From: Escherichia phage JLBYU37
Reading direction: 5' to 3' (one strand)
DNA length: 45,011 nucleotides
Sequence record: NC_073054.1
How positions within the stretch are numbered: position 1 is the stretch's first letter; each line of letters starts with the position of its first letter. This document shows positions 18,444 through 28,356 of the stretch, one piece after another. A model generated the notes under the pieces. It was not told the DNA's origin. It was given only the letters and a program-made list of their open reading frames with translations, and made no database searches. A program made the translations under genes and the position numbers.

Positions 18444-19232
18444 CTACCCCTTAATTAATCTGGACCCCGGAAAGCCGCCGAAGTCCAGCACCGCCGCTTT
18501 AGGGTCCGCAAGCCCTTGCCCAAATCGAAGATAACAGTCCGACAAGCATCCGCCGCAGCGGTCCATATTCATTGCGATGACTTCGTTTCCGCGCTCGTCG
18601 TAATATTTGATACCGGGCTTCGCAAGGTTCCACGTGCAGCCATCCCCGCTGGCGTACTTCCCATTTAACGCCCATTCGCACATGTTCATGATCTGGCGGC
18701 GTGGAACTACTTGCCCCTCCATATCCGCGGGTGAGGATAATGCGAAGGTTATTTGCTTGCCAGGATTGCGCCCGACCTGTGAGTCGATGTAATACTCCTG
18801 GACACGTTTTTGCGTCGGGTCTGGATCTGTCCCGTTATCCAGGAACTTCGCGAACGTATCAATGATCTCAACCTTCGCGCCAAGTAGCTGGTCGTGGTTC
18901 AGCGACAGCCGGGTTATTATGCCGCCAATATCGACGATTGTTAGTTGCGGTTCTGCCGCCGTCGATGTGGAGAAGTTAAGGCCGGACAAATCGAAGGGCC
19001 AAAATTCGAACTCCTGCCCGCCGAAGAAGATTGATTTAGGTTTTAGCTTGTCCTCGTCACCGCCTGCGGCGGCAATATCCTCGGCAGTGTGCGGAATAAA
19101 GCAATAGTGAAAATAGTGATGACCCGCGCCGATCGCGCCGTCGCCTGGTTCCACGTCCTGCGCGTCAATGTGAATCAGGCGAACGCGGCCCGATGGGTCA
19201 AAGCGTGTCGCCTCACGGTATAATTTATTCAT
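18444..19232 (-). CDS. minor tail protein (gpL-like)
   Basis: 262 aa; C-terminal cysteine cluster CGGCLSDCYLRFGQG; synteny. Confidence 0.65.
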   Translation of the reverse strand: MNKLYREATRFDPSGRVRLIHIDAQDVEPGDGAIGAGHHYFHYCFIPHTAEDIAAAGGDEDKLKPKSIFFGGQEFEFWPFDLSGLNFSTSTAAEPQLTIVDIGGIITRLSLNHDQLLGAKVEIIDTFAKFLDNGTDPDPTQKRVQEYYIDSQVGRNPGKQITFALSSPADMEGQVVPRRQIMNMCEWALNGKYASGDGCTWNLAKPGIKYYDERGNEVIAMNMDRCGGCLSDCYLRFGQGLADPKAAVLDFGGFPGSRLIKG

Positions 19233-19828
19233 CTTACGAATCCAATAGCAGTCTTAAGGGTGGCGGACACCGTTGCCGTGTAGTGCCCGTTGTCTGTGTA
19301 CGACAAGCTCGAACGCTCGACCACGAATAAACCTGTTTCGCCATCCGGCGCGGTGACAACAAACGGTTTGACGAAGTGCCCGCGAAGGAAGTTGTAAACC
19401 AGTTTAGGGTTGCACCACTTGTCAGTAGTCAGTCCGATGAATTGCACGGGGAACTGTTTCGTTTCGGCGTTCGGGCCGTCCGCGATGTTCTGACCGTAAC
19501 CGTTACCAAACTGCAATTCCTCGGACCGGAAAGCCAACTGCACGTCTCCGCCACCTTGCAATTGCATGTGCCAGTAATAGGGCCATTCGTTTGATCGCGG
19601 GTCGTGCGCTTCGATTAGCTCATAAGCTGCACCGGCTTTTGTCGGTCCGGCCCAGTTATCCGCCAGGGTGATGACGGTGTTAGAGTTGAATGCCGCAATT
19701 TTTCCGGTGTAGTCGTTGCCGTCGATGCGGGTAAATACGCGGACCTTCCCGATCTCGCTCAAGAACGCGGTTCCCACGCCTGTGATGGTCTTACTTCCCT
19801 TAGTTAGTGTGATTGTACCTTGCGCCAT
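19229..19828 (-). CDS. minor tail protein (gpM-like)
   Basis: Track ORF 19229-19867; likely start ATG 19828 (MAQGTITL) with GGGGG RBS; synteny. Confidence 0.55.
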   Translation of the reverse strand: MAQGTITLTKGSKTITGVGTAFLSEIGKVRVFTRIDGNDYTGKIAAFNSNTVITLADNWAGPTKAGAAYELIEAHDPRSNEWPYYWHMQLQGGGDVQLAFRSEELQFGNGYGQNIADGPNAETKQFPVQFIGLTTDKWCNPKLVYNFLRGHFVKPFVVTAPDGETGLFVVERSSLSYTDNGHYTATVSATLKTAIGFVR

Positions 19829-19863
19829 AAAAAAGCCCCCACGTTGTAGTGAGGGCCATTTTA

Positions 19864-22506
19864 TCATCGTTTGTAAAGTACACCACCCGGTTTCGTCGCC
19901 TTCACGATCTCGGCCTTGACCGACTCGGTGATTTGCTTTCCGAACGCCTGCGCGGTGCGCGGGTCTGGACCGCTAACACTGGTATCCGTCTTACCGGTCC
20001 CCATGTTAACGTTGGTCGTTACAATCATTCCCCCGACACCGCCTGCCGCGGCAACGCCAAGTTTACCGTCTGGCCCGCGCTTAAGCGGCATGATGGCCTC
20101 GGGGCCAGCCTCCCCCATCAATCCTGCGCCCTTAGCGAACGCCTGGACGCCATAACTGAAAAAGGTGGGCTGGCTTACCACTTGCCCCGAATAGGCCGCG
20201 AGGTTGCCCCCTGCGTACGCTCCGCCGTCCGCATTCTTAGTGAGGCCGGAGAAAATAGCGCCGAACAATCCGTTTTTGCCGCCGTCACCGCCGAAAGCGC
20301 TAACGATGGACTTGAACGCCTGCGAGGTAGCCAGCTTTATTAATTCGCTCAGAATGGACTTAACCATATCTTTTGCGTTCAGCTTGCCAGTCTCGAAAAA
20401 CTCGTTCATCGTGTCCTGCATAGCGCCGAACGTGAATTTTGTGAGTGACGTCATCTGCGTATAGCCGTTACCCATTTCATCAACACTATCCTTAAGCCCG
20501 CGGCTGAAGCCATCCCATAGCGAGGCGTTAGCACCGGTCTGTGCTTCCTGCACTTCGCGCAGCTTAGACACCGCCAAATCAATATCGGTATCGTTAGCGC
20601 CCACCCGCTTCAGGCGATCAATTAGCTGCAATTCTTCGCGCAGGTTAGCCGCTTCGCGAGTGGAAAGCGCATATCCCGCCGCGGTGGCTTTTAGCTCGGC
20701 GTTCTGGTTCTTGATGAATGCATCGACCTGGGCGTGTGCTTTGATCTGCTTCTCTTTCGCGTCCAGCAATTTGGCTTCTTCGACGATCTGCTCGCGTACC
20801 GATTTAACCGCCTCGAACGCCGCCGTTTGCTGCTTTTCTGCTGCCGTGAGTGCGCGCTCCTTGCTCGCGGTGATTAACTGCTCATTATCGGCAATCAGCT
20901 TGTTCAGGGACGCTTGCGCGCGTTGCGTGCGGGTCTGCGTCGATGCGTTGGCTTCGATCTGCTTTCCAGACTCACGAAGCTGGGCTAATTCGCTTCGCGC
21001 GACTTCCAGCATTTTCAGCCCGGCATCGACTCGAACTGCCGCCGCTTTCTTCGGCGCGGGGTCTTTGTAACGCTCGTTGACCTGCTTCACCGCCTCGGCT
21101 AGTTCTTTCTCGTTAATAACACCGCGCTTATTCAGCAAATTTAGGCGGGCGATCTCGTCGGCTCGCCGCTTCGCGTTGGTTGCGTACTCCTTCTCAAACG
21201 CGGCGCGGTCGCGGGCGGCGCGGTTTGCCTCCTCGTTCGCCTTTGCTGCTTCATCCGCGGCGCTGGCGCTGTCTCGCTCGGCACGGTTGCGAAGGGTGAG
21301 CGACGCTACTACCTTTTCCTGGGCGACCAGTTCGCTGTAAAGCATGTTAATACGCGCTTTCTGCGCTTCGGTCATCACCCCACCGGCAGCGTTTACCGCC
21401 CTCATCTCGGCATAGTACGCCGTGGTCATGCGCTGCAAGGACTCACGCGCTTTCATCTCGGACTCATTCGAGGACTGCGCGCGGCCCACATCCAGGATGG
21501 CATCCCACATAGATTTAGCTGCCGATGTAACTACGTTCATCGACCGCTCAAGCGTACCCATGTTGGACTTTACCTCATCGGTCATGCTGGAGAACGACGC
21601 AGCGGCTGTTTTGTTAGCCAGAGCAACCGCGTCCGTTTCACGCCCCATATCTACAAGCGATTGCACCTGCTGGATCTGCGCCTCGGTAACGACATGATAC
21701 TTATCCGCCAGCGCACGCAGTCCGCCCACTGGGTCGTTCGACAATTTTGAGATGGATTCAACCACGTCAGAGATCGGCTGATTAGACGCCTTCGCGAAGT
21801 CATTCACAACCTTCGCCAGCGCGCCGAAGTCCGCCCCCGCTTTCACACCCGCCGCCGCCAGCGCCTGGATTGTGTCACGCGTCTTGCGGAATGATCCGCC
21901 CATGCGCTCGGCGTTCTCGGATAGCACCAGGATCTGGTTTGCCGTTAGGCCGGAAATGTTACCTGACAGCGCCAGCGTCTTGTTAAGCGCTGCGACCTGG
22001 TTCTCTGCGCGGGACGTAATTGCTACGCCCACGCCTAACGTTGCCGTTACCGCAGCAAGGCCGATCCCAACTGGACCGAGGAAGCCAGCAACATAACGCA
22101 GAGTGTTACCCAATCCACCGAACGCCCCAGTTAGCTGCGGTAACTGCTGAAGCATAACGCGGTGTACCGGCATCCCCATCTCAAGCGTAACTGCGATATC
22201 CTGTAACTGGAATGCGGCGTTACGCGAGGCAAAGCCCAGGTTTTTAGTCGACATGCCTAACCTGTTGGCGAGTCGCTCCTGTTTCGTCATGCCATCGGCG
22301 GCGCGCTGCGATTCGTTTGCCAGCTTTTCCATTCCGCCCGCGGCGTCACTCGTCACCTTTTTGGATTTGCCGAGGGTGTCGTTTAATTTCTTAACCTTGT
22401 TTTCTGTGTTCTCGGATTTCTGTGCGAAGGAGTCCAGCACAGTATTTGCCGTTCTGATTTGTGCAACATCAGCCTTTAGCGTGATGCCTGCTGCCTGATC
22501 TGCCAT
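19864..22506 (-). CDS. tail tape measure protein
   Basis: 880 aa, alanine-rich coiled coil, Gly-rich hydrophobic C-terminal segment; GGGGA RBS; downstream of G/GT. Confidence 0.85.
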   Translation of the reverse strand: MADQAAGITLKADVAQIRTANTVLDSFAQKSENTENKVKKLNDTLGKSKKVTSDAAGGMEKLANESQRAADGMTKQERLANRLGMSTKNLGFASRNAAFQLQDIAVTLEMGMPVHRVMLQQLPQLTGAFGGLGNTLRYVAGFLGPVGIGLAAVTATLGVGVAITSRAENQVAALNKTLALSGNISGLTANQILVLSENAERMGGSFRKTRDTIQALAAAGVKAGADFGALAKVVNDFAKASNQPISDVVESISKLSNDPVGGLRALADKYHVVTEAQIQQVQSLVDMGRETDAVALANKTAAASFSSMTDEVKSNMGTLERSMNVVTSAAKSMWDAILDVGRAQSSNESEMKARESLQRMTTAYYAEMRAVNAAGGVMTEAQKARINMLYSELVAQEKVVASLTLRNRAERDSASAADEAAKANEEANRAARDRAAFEKEYATNAKRRADEIARLNLLNKRGVINEKELAEAVKQVNERYKDPAPKKAAAVRVDAGLKMLEVARSELAQLRESGKQIEANASTQTRTQRAQASLNKLIADNEQLITASKERALTAAEKQQTAAFEAVKSVREQIVEEAKLLDAKEKQIKAHAQVDAFIKNQNAELKATAAGYALSTREAANLREELQLIDRLKRVGANDTDIDLAVSKLREVQEAQTGANASLWDGFSRGLKDSVDEMGNGYTQMTSLTKFTFGAMQDTMNEFFETGKLNAKDMVKSILSELIKLATSQAFKSIVSAFGGDGGKNGLFGAIFSGLTKNADGGAYAGGNLAAYSGQVVSQPTFFSYGVQAFAKGAGLMGEAGPEAIMPLKRGPDGKLGVAAAGGVGGMIVTTNVNMGTGKTDTSVSGPDPRTAQAFGKQITESVKAEIVKATKPGGVLYKR

Positions 22507-22569
22507 TATGCAGTCCCCTTTTTTATGCAGTTGCCGATGGATATTGTATCAGCGATTTCAAAACAAACC

Positions 22570-22890
22570 TTATTCAGTCTCAGACGAGGGGAGCCATTGA
22601 CCCCCGTCTAGTCTGAAAGACTGGGGTGCTATCCCGCTGTCCCGATCGGCTGAAAACCGCGGCAGCACTGGCGGGGATGGGGTGCTGTCCCGTTTTGTCC
22701 CGCCCCTTGTTTGTCCCGCTTTCTGTCCCGCTTACTTTATGCAATAAAACTGCATAGGTATGCACATTTACAGGGCGTGACAAAACGGGACGTCCCGCCT
22801 GTCCCGCTTTGAGTTTATGCAATGAAAGTGATTAGATATGCGGTTTTACAGAGGCGGGACAAAACGGGACGTCCCGCCTGTCCCGCTTCA
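22570..22890. repeat. non-coding iteron-rich element, copy 1 (between GT chaperone and tape measure genes)
   Basis: 22570-22756 is ~90% identical to 39025-39211. Multiple GTCCCGC/TGTCCCG half-sites; 31-bp direct repeat GACAAAACGGGACGTCCCGCCTGTCCCGCTT at 22779 and 22857; 12-bp palindrome CGGGACGTCCCG at 22786-22797 and 22865-22876. Confidence 0.75.
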
Positions 22891-23215
22891 TTATGCGGGG
22901 TTCTGCTGCGCCATCTCATCAAGCGCGATTCGTTCCATTAGCTTGATATCTTTAAACGCGCGCTGCTCGTTTTCGATACCGTGCATCTTAAATAGCCACT
23001 CCAGCACGCCGTAGTCGATGCCGTATGCGCCACCAAAACCGGTGCGCCATTGCGTGGAGCAATCTGTGAAGACTGCGACTATCTTCGCGTTGTCAGGCCA
23101 TAGCGCAACAGGCGGACAAACATCTTCAGGGGCCGCACCCCATAAACTCGCGGCTAAATCTTCGGAGGGTGGCGGCGGGCCATAAAAGCGTCGCGCCGCC
23201 TCAATTAGTTTTTTT
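22891..23215 (-). CDS. T-domain extension of the tail assembly chaperone (GT product by -1 frameshift)
   Basis: A7 slippery run at 23209-23215 ends the G ORF; the -1 frame continues for ~105 codons (LIEAARRFYGPPPP...VALWPDNAKIVAVF...MAQQNPA) with no start codon of its own. Confidence 0.6.
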
Positions 23216-23582
23216 CACGCAATCCCATCAGTTCAAGATAGTACGACGTGTGGAACACCCCGAACGCGCGTGGGTAGTTGACCACCAGGCGGCGGACGTT
23301 CTCCGCGTTAAATTCGTCCGGCAGATTCCAGCCTTCTGCGACGTGCATGATGGCCTCGACCATAACGTTAAAGCCGTCCGGGTCATTGTCGTCATATTCC
23401 GACAGCTTTCGTTCGGTGTCCTGCATGGTTTGCGAAAATTCGTCGATCGGGCGGTGGCGGACGGTAAACGTCATCTTGCCCGGTTCGTTCTCACCTGGGC
23501 GCGGGATCTCAATCGGCAGCTTAAAGGTCGGCTTAGGGTCAAGTGTAAAGAGTGGTGCTTTAGCCATTGTAGTATTCTCCAA
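23205..23582 (-). CDS. tail assembly chaperone (lambda gpG-like)
   Basis: 125 aa; between major tail and tape measure genes; N-terminus AKAPLFTLDPKPTFKLPIEIPRPGE; ends in the slippery A run. Confidence 0.7.
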   Translation of the reverse strand: MENTTMAKAPLFTLDPKPTFKLPIEIPRPGENEPGKMTFTVRHRPIDEFSQTMQDTERKLSEYDDNDPDGFNVMVEAIMHVAEGWNLPDEFNAENVRRLVVNYPRAFGVFHTSYYLELMGLREKN

Positions 23583-23636
23583 TAAAAAAGGGGCCGTGCT
23601 GGCCCCATATTAACACTCGCTATTTAAGCGACCAAA

Positions 23637-24362
23637 TCAAGACAATGCCTCGACCAGATCCTTACGGTAGATAACAATATCAGACTGCATGGTCAGAGTG
23701 GATTGTACTGTTTCCACGTTGTTTACTTCAGCGGAAGGAATCTTCTGGAAAGATACCTTTGCCGGGTAAATACGGATCTCACCTTTGCCGCTTGCCGCTG
23801 CCGGGTTAGTGAACTTAATCACAGTGGTTTTCTGTGTGTCGTCCAGGTCTTCCAGGATTGGGCGGATCGGGTCTTCTTCGTCGTGGGTGAAGGTGTAAGT
23901 CTGTACCAACGGGTTTTTCGTGGTGTTAAGACTGATTGCGGTGTTCACCTGCAACGGCTGGAAGGTAGTAGTCTGCTGGTCGCCACCCGACACGGCAACG
24001 TTAGTAATGAAAGGGAAGTCGATAAAGCTCGACACCTTCACCACTTCGCCCGGAGTGCCTACGCTGAAAGCGCCGGTAGGGTATTTTGTGACGTCAGAGG
24101 AGTCGAAGCGCGCCAGCGTCACGTCGTTCTCGGCTACTTTACCCACGATGAATGCACGGTTAAGCGCTCGGACCCACGGGGTTTTAGTGAACATAACAAC
24201 GTCGCCAACAACCAGGCCATGCGATGCCGCGCAGGTAATTACGCAACCTTGCGTAAGGTCAGAGATTGATGCGGTGGCGTTGGTAGCTGCCGTAACAGCG
24301 ATGCCGCTGCCTAATACGGACCCGATCTGGACGCTGGACCCGTTGGGGAGTTGATAACCCAT
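23637..24362 (-). CDS. major tail (tube) protein
   Basis: 241 aa, Thr/Ser/Val-rich beta-type sequence directly upstream of the G/GT pair. Confidence 0.65.
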   Translation of the reverse strand: MGYQLPNGSSVQIGSVLGSGIAVTAATNATASISDLTQGCVITCAASHGLVVGDVVMFTKTPWVRALNRAFIVGKVAENDVTLARFDSSDVTKYPTGAFSVGTPGEVVKVSSFIDFPFITNVAVSGGDQQTTTFQPLQVNTAISLNTTKNPLVQTYTFTHDEEDPIRPILEDLDDTQKTTVIKFTNPAAASGKGEIRIYPAKVSFQKIPSAEVNNVETVQSTLTMQSDIVIYRKDLVEALS

Positions 24363-24422
24363 AATAAAGCTCCTGTTTAGATATACGGTTTAATGATACA
24401 GCACGCGCAGAATTGCGCCAAA

Positions 24423-24845
24423 TCAGGCACAACAGGAATAGGGCACTGTAACCACGATGCGGGCGCGATCAACATCCTCAATCACCGAACTGGTGTATGG
24501 CGCGTCCTGAAGCTGGAACGCAGCGCCGGTAAGCCTTACGGCCTGCCACTTGTCTGACGTCGCAATGGCGTCCGCCAGTTCGCTCGCATACTGTGTGCCC
24601 GTGCCAGCAGGAAATACCACGGCAATCTGATACACGCCTGCATAGATCCGGCCCTTCTGCTGGAAGCCCACAAACTGGGTAGGGGCCGGAAGCAGGTACG
24701 GTTCCAAGTAGACACCGCTGCCGTTTGCGTGGTCGCCGCTCACGTTCTCCCAGTTAACCTTTATCGGGCGCTGGTTAGTGCTCAGGCTTACCGATAATTC
24801 TTCTACTACGCTGTTAAGCGCCTTGCGGATTAGAGTATTGCTCAT
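24423..24845 (-). CDS. neck/tail completion protein (unassigned)
   Basis: 140 aa; between head and tail modules. Confidence 0.45.
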   Translation of the reverse strand: MSNTLIRKALNSVVEELSVSLSTNQRPIKVNWENVSGDHANGSGVYLEPYLLPAPTQFVGFQQKGRIYAGVYQIAVVFPAGTGTQYASELADAIATSDKWQAVRLTGAAFQLQDAPYTSSVIEDVDRARIVVTVPYSCCA

Positions 24846-25438
24846 TATTTCACCTTCGAATTAATTTCTGCCGCTACGACGCGAACAATCCCCGCGGGCG
24901 CTTGTTTACTCCAGCCATACTCCAGCCGCTGCGCGTACGGCACATTGTTCGTAAACCAGATCGACCCGTATTCGCCAGAATCATAATGCGCCAGCACTTC
25001 ACGCCCTGCGGCTAGTGTTGCCGTTCCGGCCTTGTCCACTCGGTCGATAGCGCCTACAGCCGGACGGTCGAACGTTACCTGCCAGTTACCCCGGAAGCGC
25101 CCACCGGTGTAATTCTTCGCCGCCCAGCCACGCTGGCGGAACGTGACGTTGCCGTTTTTAGTTTTAAATGAGATGAGCACACTGGCGTGCTTCTTCTGCC
25201 CGCGCTTCAGTTTGCCGCCATTCTTGCGGCGCTGTGCGGCGTTCACCTTGTTCGCGTGTTCGCGTGCAAGCGCGTAAGCCTTGTTGATCTTCCACCGGCG
25301 TGGGTCGCCCACCGGGGAGATCTCGATCAGGCGTCCGAGTATTTGCATACCGTACGCCCGCACCGCCTTGTCGTTGTTCTCCTTCGTCTTATCCACCCAC
25401 GTAGCAATAGTGGCGGCGAACGAGTAGACTTCAGCCAC
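24845..25438 (-). CDS. neck/head-tail joining protein (unassigned)
   Basis: 197 aa; coupled to neighbours. Confidence 0.45.
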   Translation of the reverse strand: MAEVYSFAATIATWVDKTKENNDKAVRAYGMQILGRLIEISPVGDPRRWKINKAYALAREHANKVNAAQRRKNGGKLKRGQKKHASVLISFKTKNGNVTFRQRGWAAKNYTGGRFRGNWQVTFDRPAVGAIDRVDKAGTATLAAGREVLAHYDSGEYGSIWFTNNVPYAQRLEYGWSKQAPAGIVRVVAAEINSKVK

Positions 25439-25439
25439 G

Positions 25440-25799
25440 TTACCCCCTTAGCTGTAGTTGAAACAGCATGGTTGTGCCAGCCGGTTGCAGGGGGTTTGGG
25501 TTGATGACCCTGTAGTCTGTATTGTTCAGGCTAATCAAATCCCCGACCTGCACCGGCTTTACTGCCTGGCACAAAAACTTCACATCTCCGGCAACGATAC
25601 GCGTCCCGTCGATCTCGCTTGGCTTGTACTCCTCGCGAAGTCCGATGACGTCAAACGAGGTCGGATGGAGGACCACTTCGTCGCCGTCTACGCGGTCGAC
25701 TGTACCAGGACGCGTCACAGTAGCCGTAATGCCAAACTTTTTAATCAGCGGATTGACTTTCCGCTTTAAGCCCGCGTAATTAAAGCCCGCCATTTTCAT
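25440..25799 (-). CDS. head-tail adaptor-like protein (unassigned)
   Basis: 119 aa; position in the neck region. Confidence 0.45.
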   Translation of the reverse strand: MKMAGFNYAGLKRKVNPLIKKFGITATVTRPGTVDRVDGDEVVLHPTSFDVIGLREEYKPSEIDGTRIVAGDVKFLCQAVKPVQVGDLISLNNTDYRVINPNPLQPAGTTMLFQLQLRG

Positions 25800-25897
25800 C
25801 CCCCTGCACCGGTGGTTCCGGTTCTGGCGCTGGTTCAGGTTCTGGTTGTCGTTTAGTGTTTGCGGCTAAAATAGCCGCCAGTAATGCAGGATTCATA

Positions 25898-26398
25898 TCA
25901 CCCCCGGAATACGTCAAAATTACCCGCTGCGTTGCCGTCCGAGTCAATCCAGTGGCCTAGCAAGCCATCCCACCACGGGAACGAGACACCGCTACCAATC
26001 GTCGCAGGGTCATATTCCATCGTGATCGGGCCAACAGTTTCGCGGATAGTCTCCTTACCACTGCCAACAGGAGAAATATCGACCTCGTCCGCCACCAACA
26101 TCGCCAACCTGTAAACGGCTTGCTCGACGGCAATGGGGATTGATGCAAAATCTACGATCTGCCCTGCAGGCACTACTGCCACAACTTCAGTGAGCGTGTC
26201 GCGCACCGGCTTACCGTCCGATGGGTAATTGATGCGGGGCCATGCGTCTATTCCTGTCTGGTCCGCCTGTTCGCCGATCCAGGTGATGCCGTTAAGGAAG
26301 TCATTAACGATGGTAAGGTGTCGCGTTGCATCGCCCAACGTGACTTCAACGCCTCGCGCAGCGGCATAATCGACAAAGGTTTGCGGGTCGCCATACAT
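25898..26398 (-). CDS. head completion/connector-associated protein (unassigned)
   Basis: Track ORF 25898-26440; likely start ATG 26398 (MYGDPQTF) with AGGAGTGA RBS. Confidence 0.45.
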   Translation of the reverse strand: MYGDPQTFVDYAAARGVEVTLGDATRHLTIVNDFLNGITWIGEQADQTGIDAWPRINYPSDGKPVRDTLTEVVAVVPAGQIVDFASIPIAVEQAVYRLAMLVADEVDISPVGSGKETIRETVGPITMEYDPATIGSGVSFPWWDGLLGHWIDSDGNAAGNFDVFRG

Positions 26399-26412
26399 TA
26401 GATTCACTCCTA

Positions 26413-26437
26413 TAAAAAAGGCGGGCATAAGCCCGCC
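26413..26437 (-). terminator. rho-independent terminator after the major capsid gene
   Basis: Minus strand: GGCGGGC-ttat-GCCCGCC followed by U6. Confidence 0.55.
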
Positions 26438-26456
26438 CATTTGGGATGTGCGCCCG

Positions 26457-27557
26457 TTAAGACACGGTAGTCGCCGTCAGCGTAACCAGTACGCCAGCGG
26501 TTTCCTTGATGTGACGGGTCGGCACTGCCTGTGCTGCCTGGGTCTTACGACGGCCTTTAGTATCGCCATCCCCCACAGCGCCAACATCCTGCACGGTTGC
26601 CGGTGCGTTGTCTACCTGGCCCTGGTCCAGTTCCCAGTTAGCGGAAGTGGTGATATCGTCCAGCTTGAACGAGCGGACGCCTTCGATCGGTGTACGAGCG
26701 GACGCCTTCAGACGGTAGCCTTTAACAGCCACGTTGAAGTCGAACTCGCCCTGCCACCAGCGTTCGATGTTCTCGTTACCGCCTTTCTCCTGCGCCAGCA
26801 TATCGAGGCCGTTGGTGGTAACTGCAACCGCGCCAGGGACCAGACCCAGCATGTTGCCCGCACCCATAGCATCGGCAGCGGCATCGGAGATAATGAAACG
26901 ACGGCCCAGGCCATCACCCATTACCTGGAGATCGCCAATTGCGAATACCTGTTCAGCGGAAGGGAGTGCCTGGTACGCGATGAAGTTTGCCCAGGTAACG
27001 CCGTCCATAAACCAGGACTTAATCAAAGACGCCTGATCGCCGAACTTAGAAGCCGCCAGCGGGAAGTCTGCCAGGGTCGGGAAGGTACGACCGCCAACGC
27101 CGTCAACGCGCGCCGGTTGGGTGTATTTTGCCTCTGCGTTGCTTTCGATCGCCGCTTTACCCGCACCGATACCCGCTTTCAGGTAGTGCAGCATAATCGC
27201 TTGAGTGGCCTGCGCCGCAATCTCAGCCGCAACGCTGTTAACGTTGGTTTCGATCTTAGCCATCATAGCCTTAGTGATCGCTACCGGACCCACTTTCGCG
27301 GATAGGTTAACGGAGTTGGTCAGCATACGCGCCAGCACTTTAGCGGTTGCCGGAGTACCGACAGGGGCGTAGGCGTTACGGTCGGTAACGAGGTTGGCGA
27401 TCAAGCCTACGGACATTTTTTCTACAACATCCTTCAGCACTTCACCAGTACCGAGAACAACAGCGCCATTGGCGGCAGCGTTGAATACGTTCAGGTTGTC
27501 GGGGATCATTTGCGTAACCGCGGTAACGAGTTTACGCTGGAACACTGTTAAAGACAT
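26457..27557 (-). CDS. major capsid protein
   Basis: 366 aa directly downstream of the scaffold gene and followed by a terminator; Ala/Gly/Val-rich composition. Confidence 0.75.
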   Translation of the reverse strand: MSLTVFQRKLVTAVTQMIPDNLNVFNAAANGAVVLGTGEVLKDVVEKMSVGLIANLVTDRNAYAPVGTPATAKVLARMLTNSVNLSAKVGPVAITKAMMAKIETNVNSVAAEIAAQATQAIMLHYLKAGIGAGKAAIESNAEAKYTQPARVDGVGGRTFPTLADFPLAASKFGDQASLIKSWFMDGVTWANFIAYQALPSAEQVFAIGDLQVMGDGLGRRFIISDAAADAMGAGNMLGLVPGAVAVTTNGLDMLAQEKGGNENIERWWQGEFDFNVAVKGYRLKASARTPIEGVRSFKLDDITTSANWELDQGQVDNAPATVQDVGAVGDGDTKGRRKTQAAQAVPTRHIKETAGVLVTLTATTVS

Positions 27558-27654
27558 ATCGAAATCCTTTGAGTTGTGAGCATTCGCCCAGTGACGTTAA
27601 TGTTACCTTAGATTTACGCGCTAGCAAAATCGCCCGCTTTCGCGGGCGGTCTTC

Positions 27655-28356
27655 CTACTCGTCGCCCATCTTAGCGATGATTTCACCAGCCTGTTTCGTA
27701 AGGTCAGTGATACCGAAGCTGTGGCCCATCGTGATTTTCGACTTCACATCTTCGACAACCTGCGTCGGTTTGCTAGGCGCGCCGCCTGCTGGCGTGCCAG
27801 CCAGGACGGACGCAAAATCGGCGTTATTACGGAACTCTTTTTCAAGTTCTTCCATAGTCAGCGCGGACGGTTTGCCATCCTGCAAGACACGCACTTTCAA
27901 GCTGCCGTCTTCGCCGTCTTCCAGCGTCAGGCGGTCCATTACGTGGCGTTGCATGATGCCCGCATTCTTACCGAACAGCTTCGACGCCAGGTCTTTGGCA
28001 GCGCTGCCGATGGTTAGATCGTGGATCTGCTTGCGGTAGGCTTCGATTTTTCCCGATGTGTCTGCTTCGTGTTTCGCAAACTTATCTTTCCAGGACTTGT
28101 CGATCGCTTCGAGGTCGCCATTTTTGCGCGCGGCGGCTTCCTCTTTCTCTTTCGCAAGGCGCTCAGCTTCGGCGCGGCGTTCAGCTTCTGCTTTCTTCTC
28201 GCTCACCAGCTTCGCGTTGTTGTCTTTCAGACCCTTGATTTCCGCCTGTACTTCTTCCGCGGTCATGAACGTTGATTTATACCCGTCGCCATCGGCAACA
28301 AAAAGCGCCTTCATACCTTCCGGCAACGCGTCATATTCTGCTTTGGTAAGTTTCAT
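27655..28356 (-). CDS. capsid scaffolding protein
   Basis: Track ORF 27655-28647; likely start ATG 28356 (MKLTKAEYDALPEG) with AGGGGGA RBS; helical E/K/A-rich; upstream of the capsid gene. Confidence 0.6.
   Translation of the reverse strand: MKLTKAEYDALPEGMKALFVADGDGYKSTFMTAEEVQAEIKGLKDNNAKLVSEKKAEAERRAEAERLAKEKEEAAARKNGDLEAIDKSWKDKFAKHEADTSGKIEAYRKQIHDLTIGSAAKDLASKLFGKNAGIMQRHVMDRLTLEDGEDGSLKVRVLQDGKPSALTMEELEKEFRNNADFASVLAGTPAGGAPSKPTQVVEDVKSKITMGHSFGITDLTKQAGEIIAKMGDE

Noticed and set aside
20660-22498. Several plus-strand ORFs (74-136 aa) antisense to the tape measure gene
   Set aside because: Ser/Ala/Cys-rich low-complexity translations typical of shadow ORFs opposite a GC-rich alanine-rich coding frame; no RBS; fully contained in a strongly supported gene.
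22580-22822. 80-aa minus-strand ORF over the iteron element, with a similar ORF at 39035-39289
   Set aside because: Both lie entirely in the repeated non-coding element, lack convincing ribosome-binding sites, and differ between copies by indels that would shift the frame; the similarity is better explained as nucleotide-level repeat conservation.
22570-22890. Possible CRISPR array because of the many short repeats
   Set aside because: Repeats are 7-12 bp half-sites and palindromes at irregular short spacing, not 25-40 bp repeats alternating with unique spacers, and no cas genes are present.
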